This document shows positions 59,951-64,000 of a stretch of DNA of 64,000 nt, piece after piece. The translations under genes and the position numbers were made by a program. Each line of letters opens with the position of its first letter. The first letter of the stretch is position 1. The stretch is from Entomortierella parvispora E1425 (taxonomy: Eukaryota; Fungi; Mortierellomycota), in contig BQFW01000005.1 of assembly GCA_020891255.1 (NCBI GenBank), positions 1,426,001 to 1,490,000 of the forward strand. The letters run 5' to 3'. The notes beneath the pieces are model-generated. The model was not told where the DNA came from. It saw only the letters and a list, made by a program, of their open reading frames with translations, and ran no database searches.

Positions 59951-61611
59951 ATGGCACTTTCAACCCTGTGCGCCCGATGGGCCCTTCGCCCGAGACACTT
60001 TGGCGGCCTTACTGCAGACAAGAGGCGCATCCTGGCCTCGTCCTGTATGCAGTGCCAACTCGCCCTGTTCTCAACAAAACGCTCGGAGCACCCCAAGCGA
60101 CCAAAGACGTTCGACTCAACCAGCCACAGGAACAAACCTGTCAGTCAACCCTTGGACTTCAGTCTGTCTATCTCTGACCATACCGCGCCTGTACGAGACT
60201 GGAACAAAAAAAATCTTATCGGCCTTAGCAAACAGCAACTCAAGGAAGAGCTCGAGACGATTGCTGGAACAAAATCATACACAGCAGATCAGATCTGGAG
60301 ATTTATTTACCAACGGGGTGTAACCAGTATTGACGACATGCTCAATATTCCGAAGGGTATCAAGGATGATCTCAAGGAGAAATACACGATAGACTATGGC
60401 CGTGTAGTGGTGAGTCCCATTGCATTTATGGATGAGCAGGTTTACTTTTGCGCATGCCTCTAACTCGCCTTATTACCACTGATCTTAGTCGGACCTTCTA
60501 TCGCCAACGGATGGGACAAGAAAGCTTTTAGTGGGGTTCAAAGATGCCAAGGCTATGGTTGAGTCTGTTTTTATTCCAATGGTGGGACCTAGAGGGACAC
60601 AATGCATCAGCAGTCAAGTTGGATGCTCTTTGGCCTGCACATTTTGTCATACAGGAACTCAAAAACTTCTAAGGAACTTGACTCCTGGAGAGATCATTGG
60701 ACAGTACATGATTCCAGCTAAGGACTATGGTGATTTGCCTCTGGCTAAAACGACACAGCGACGCGTCAACAACATTGTTTTTATGGGACAAGGAGAACCC
60801 CTTTACAACTGGAGGTAATTGAAGGATCATGATCTTTGTTGTCCAAATCAAATTTTGCCCCTGATACTAATAATTATTTTGCTGTGCTAGGAATGTCAAA
60901 CAAGCGATTGAGATCCTCACAGACAAGGATGGCATCGCTATGCCAAAGAGCAAAATCACTTTATCGACATCTGGAGTTGCTTCAGGACTTCCTAAACTTG
61001 CAGAGCTGGGCGGAATTGGATTAGCCATTTCACTTCATGCAACTAATGACAGGTTGAGAGATGAAATTGTTCCTATCAACAAGTAAGGGCACTACCGAGT
61101 TTTAAGAGTCTTGATCCCGTATCTAGCGATATCATCTGACGGTAATTTATCTGTCTCTCCATAGGACGTTTCCGCTACCTGTACTTTTAGCAGCATGCAA
61201 GGACTATGCAAAGGCAATGGAGGGGTGTAATCGGGATAGCCAACGGATAACATTCGAGTAAGTGAAAAAAAAAAAAAAAAAAAGCAATCGAGTGATGGGT
61301 GGACAAGGCGGACACTAACATTGGACTTCAGATATGTCATGCTGAAGGATGTCAACGATAGTTTCCAGGAGGCAAGAGCGCTTGCTGAGCTCCTGATGGA
61401 CATTCCGTCTCATGTGAACCTGATTCCTTTCAATCCCTGGCCAGGAAGTAAGTACGTGAGCTCACCGAGGGACCACATCATAGGGTTTTCAAGAATTGTT
61501 GAGAACATGGGTATCCCAACCACCATTCGATGGCCAAGAGGCCTTGATATAATGGGAGCCTGTGGTCAGTTGCGAACAAGTCATGAGCAGCAGCAGCAGC
61601 AGCAGCAGTAG
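59951..61611 (+). CDS. rlmN: RlmN/Cfr-family radical-SAM RNA methyltransferase with probable mitochondrial presequence
   Basis: [24 protein letters not shown] (CxxxCxxC), [29 protein letters not shown]|[28 protein letters not shown]. Four introns. Confidence 0.93.
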
Positions 61612-61931
61612 AAGTAGACTTTCACTATCAGCTAAAGCACGCGTCTTCCTCGCTTTTCGATACCCGATTACTCGCACTGGATGCTGGATGGGCGGGATGA
61701 TCGATTTCCTCTCTCCACTGTGATTTCTCTTGCGGCAAGTATAATGTGGAGACCTTTCTAGATCATTATTTTAGACAGCAGCATTGCTGTGTACATTCTG
61801 CGCCATCTCGAAATATATCCACTGGAACAAAGACTCAATAAAAGAGGATTGGACAGCAGGACAACAAGGGTTTTGGAGCATTTCCATGCTTTATAAACTA
61901 TATATTATAATATATCAAGAGAACACTAGTT

Positions 61932-62709
61932 TTACCAAACGTTCTCTTCTTTTTCAATCCCCCCAACGCTGCGACTTATCTGCCAGACATCAGCAGGTTC
62001 AAAGGTTGAGACGATGTGTTTTTGACCTTCGTATTTTGTCATGGTCAATTTGAAGGCAGAAAATCTTGAAAATGGATGACGGCCACCGTGTTCGTCGTTC
62101 TGTGTGGCGGCAACAATGTTCACCAACTTGCGGACGCTTGTTAAAACTGGAAACCATCGAGATTTTGACAACAACGGTGTTTGTCCAAATGTAGCGACAA
62201 CCATGATGACAATCACGGATGTGATTGTCGTCCCAACAAAACCCAAATACTTTTTCCACGCGGCCGTGTGGGTTCCGACACATTTTCTTGCCCAAGAGTC
62301 CATCCATAAATAGCTTTCCTTGCATTTTTCGTCAGCCCAAATATCACAATTCCCTCCAGCAGGAAAGCTGTTCAGATTCGTTGAATCTTTGTTGATTCTT
62401 AGAAAGAAATATGTCGAATTTAGCGGAATTACAGTCGGAACATCTCCTGGTATGCAATTGTCCCAATTGTCCAAACACACCGCATTTTGTTTGAGATGCC
62501 CTACCCAAGTGCCGTTTGCAAGATCAACTGGTGGGTCATATCTTAGCCAAAACCCCGAACCGGTTGTGCTTGTCCAAAGTCGAATAAAAACGTTTGAATT
62601 CCACATTGCTGCAGCGTTCGCTCTGCCTTGGTCCCAGAGATACTGTACAACGTCCAAAAGTTGCAAATTGTCCAAGGACATATTTTTGTCGTTCAAACTT
62701 GGCAGCGAG
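61932..62709 (-). pseudogene. 3' part of a single-pass membrane protein gene (Cys/Trp-rich ectodomain) cut off by a LINE insertion
   Basis: The frame is open from the poly(A) tail at 62710 to stop 61932, with no ATG or signal peptide at the 5' end. Transmembrane segment YLGFVGTTITSVIVIMVVATF. Confidence 0.6.
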
Positions 62710-63256
62710 TTTTTTTTTTTTTTTTTTTATTGACAAGGGGCCTATAGAAATGTGACCTAAGCCACTGTTTCAATCGCATGCTTCTGCATCCAGAGCCGTA
62801 CGCGACCGTTGCGTCGCTCTCCTCTTTTTAAAAAGAGAAGAACCCGAGGTCTAGGTCGCCTCACGACAATAAAAATTTACAACTTCCCATCCTTTCCATC
62901 ACTGCTGGTCGTCGCCGACCTAGGTATGTGTCCAGCAGAATTATATCCGCTTCGATGGCTTCGCCCGTAAAACCGGGGCAAGTGTTGTTCGTGTGGTTGT
63001 CTAGTAATTGTCCGCATTCGCACTCATCCTCCGCGGGTGGTGCTCCGACCCAGGATCGCCATGGGTTGGCTTGCGCTCCTTGTTGTCTCGGTGGCAGTGT
63101 TCTCTTCATCTTCTTGGTGATTGCTTGTTCTTTTTCCATTGCAATCTGGCTATTGCAACGGTCCAGCCAGACTGCCTCTCGAATCCCTTCCTCGAGAGCG
63201 CGGCAAAAACGGTGGACGAGGTTTTGGGCCGTGGTGATGTTGGTCTTAAAGAGCTT
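62710..63256 (-). mobile_element. 3' end of a non-LTR retrotransposon (LINE): ORF2 C-terminus, 3' UTR and poly(A) tail
   Basis: The frame is open up to 63256: KLFKTNITTAQNLVHRFCRALEEGIREAVWLDRCNSQIAMEKEQAITKKMKR... resembles the (I/V)WxxRC...E...(G)I motif ending fungal LINE ORF2. A 19-nt poly(A) lies at 62710-62728. Confidence 0.7.
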
Positions 63257-63367
63257 TGTAACAGGAATACGGTGACATCACGCGATGTGTACCTACAAAA
63301 GCTAGAAACTTGCAATATAATAAAACTCACTTCTTGTCTCCACTCCACCCTCGATACTCCTATTGCA

Positions 63368-63398
63368 TGGTAGCAAAGGTTTTCGATCCACTGACCTC
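63368..63398 (+). promoter_or_regulatory. Primer-binding site complementary to initiator tRNA-Met
   Basis: TGGTAGCAAAGGTTTTCGATCCACTGACCTC compared with the reverse complement of the eukaryotic tRNAi-Met 3' end as recalled, TGGTAGCAGAGGATGGTTTCGATCCATCGACCTC. Confidence 0.8.
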
Positions 63399-63485
63399 AC
63401 TGACCCACTGACCCTCCGACACACTTACACCCTGGACCCCCTCGTATCCCTCTTCGATCAACTCTCCCTCGACAATTCACCCAAC

Positions 63486-64000
63486 ATGGACCCCGCGACA
63501 CCGTCATTCAAATTCCCTCATCCAACACCGTTCAACGGCAAGCGCGACGGATTCTCTGTTCTCGGTTTTCTGAAACGCATGACCTTTTTCTTCGATGGCG
63601 CTGGAATTGCCGAACCTCGCAAGGTCGGGGTTACCCTTGCCTTTGCCGGCGATGAGGTTATCGGCTGGTGGGCACTCTTAAACAAGCCATCCGACACCTC
63701 ATTCCCGGATTTCAGCGAGCTCCTTGCCACCGAGTTCAGTCCTGCGAAGTTTAAGGAGCACATTCTCGCCCTCACAATGCAAATGAAAATGACACTACCA
63801 TTGAACATCTCCAACGTCATGGCCTATATTACCAAAGCCCGTGAATACCACCTGCTCCTCCAGTCTTACTACGCCGACAACGCAGTTCTCAACGATACTA
63901 TCCGTACTGCCTTTCTCAGTGGTGCACCTACTCAGCTTCGCCAGATGCTGGAAGTGGCCATTGTTAATGCAGGCAACGACACCATAGATCTGCCCAGACT
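63486..64000 (+). CDS. Retrotransposon Gag (capsid), partial; missing from the ORF track
   Basis: MDPATPSFKFPHPTPFNGKRDGFSVLGFLKRMTFFF...EVIGWW...FSELLATEFSP is open to the window end and fits the PxxFxG...FL...WW...F gag pattern. Confidence 0.85.
   Translation, partial: MDPATPSFKFPHPTPFNGKRDGFSVLGFLKRMTFFFDGAGIAEPRKVGVTLAFAGDEVIGWWALLNKPSDTSFPDFSELLATEFSPAKFKEHILALTMQMKMTLPLNISNVMAYITKAREYHLLLQSYYADNAVLNDTIRTAFLSGAPTQLRQMLEVAIVNAGNDTIDLPR

Larger units (their letters stand above)
63257..64000 (+). mobile_element. 5' end of an LTR retrotransposon (probably Ty3/Gypsy): LTR, PBS and gag
   Basis: LTR 63257..63367 runs TG...CA with imperfect terminal inverted repeats (TGTAACAGGAATA vs TGCAATAGGAGTA) and an internal AATAAA. 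PBS TGGTAGCA at 63368; gag ORF from 63486. Confidence 0.85.

Noticed and set aside
61585-61608. CAG repeat (polyQ) at the RlmN C-terminus
   Set aside because: A short microsatellite after the last conserved motif, with no sign of function.
62731-63256. Part of a 637-bp LTR starting TGACA at 62731
   Set aside because: This segment encodes a LINE-like ORF2 end on the minus strand with a poly(A) tail, and the terminal inverted repeat matches better at 63257.
63368-63400. tRNA-Met gene on the minus strand
   Set aside because: Only the 3' third is present, including the CCA complement, directly after an LTR end. It is a primer-binding site.

Overview
Intron-rich eukaryotic DNA from an early-diverging fungus, most likely Mortierellaceae (inferred from gene content, short GT-AG introns with poly(T) tracts, and RlmN, STRA6-like and HSPA12-like genes). 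The window has three kinds of sequence. (1) About 1-21 kb is an accessory region rich in transposon-derived genes. It holds a multi-exon GCM-domain gene running off the left edge, two divergent paralogous Myb/SANT-like coiled-coil genes flanking a 74-bp tandem repeat, an intronless DotN/IcmJ-like HNH nuclease, a decayed PD-(D/E)xK Crinkler-type gene, a gammaproteobacterial-type thioredoxin behind a signal peptide, a third Myb/SANT gene and a secreted degenerate Hsp70. (2) About 21.5-61.6 kb is mostly conserved housekeeping genes, often head-to-head: DSS1, NUP160, a STRA6-like receptor, glutaredoxin, CUZ1/ZFAND1, APE1, ataxin-10, CCC2, THP3 and RlmN. It is interrupted by a patch of small secreted proteins (37-39 kb) and a divergent HSPA12-like Hsp70 / GrpE-MIEAP-like gene pair (48.6-52.4 kb). 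(3) The right end is a membrane-protein gene broken by the 3' end of a LINE, into which an LTR retrotransposon (LTR, iMet primer-binding site, gag) has inserted. All family calls come from motif recognition and manual alignment; no searches were run. Exon boundaries are manual estimates.
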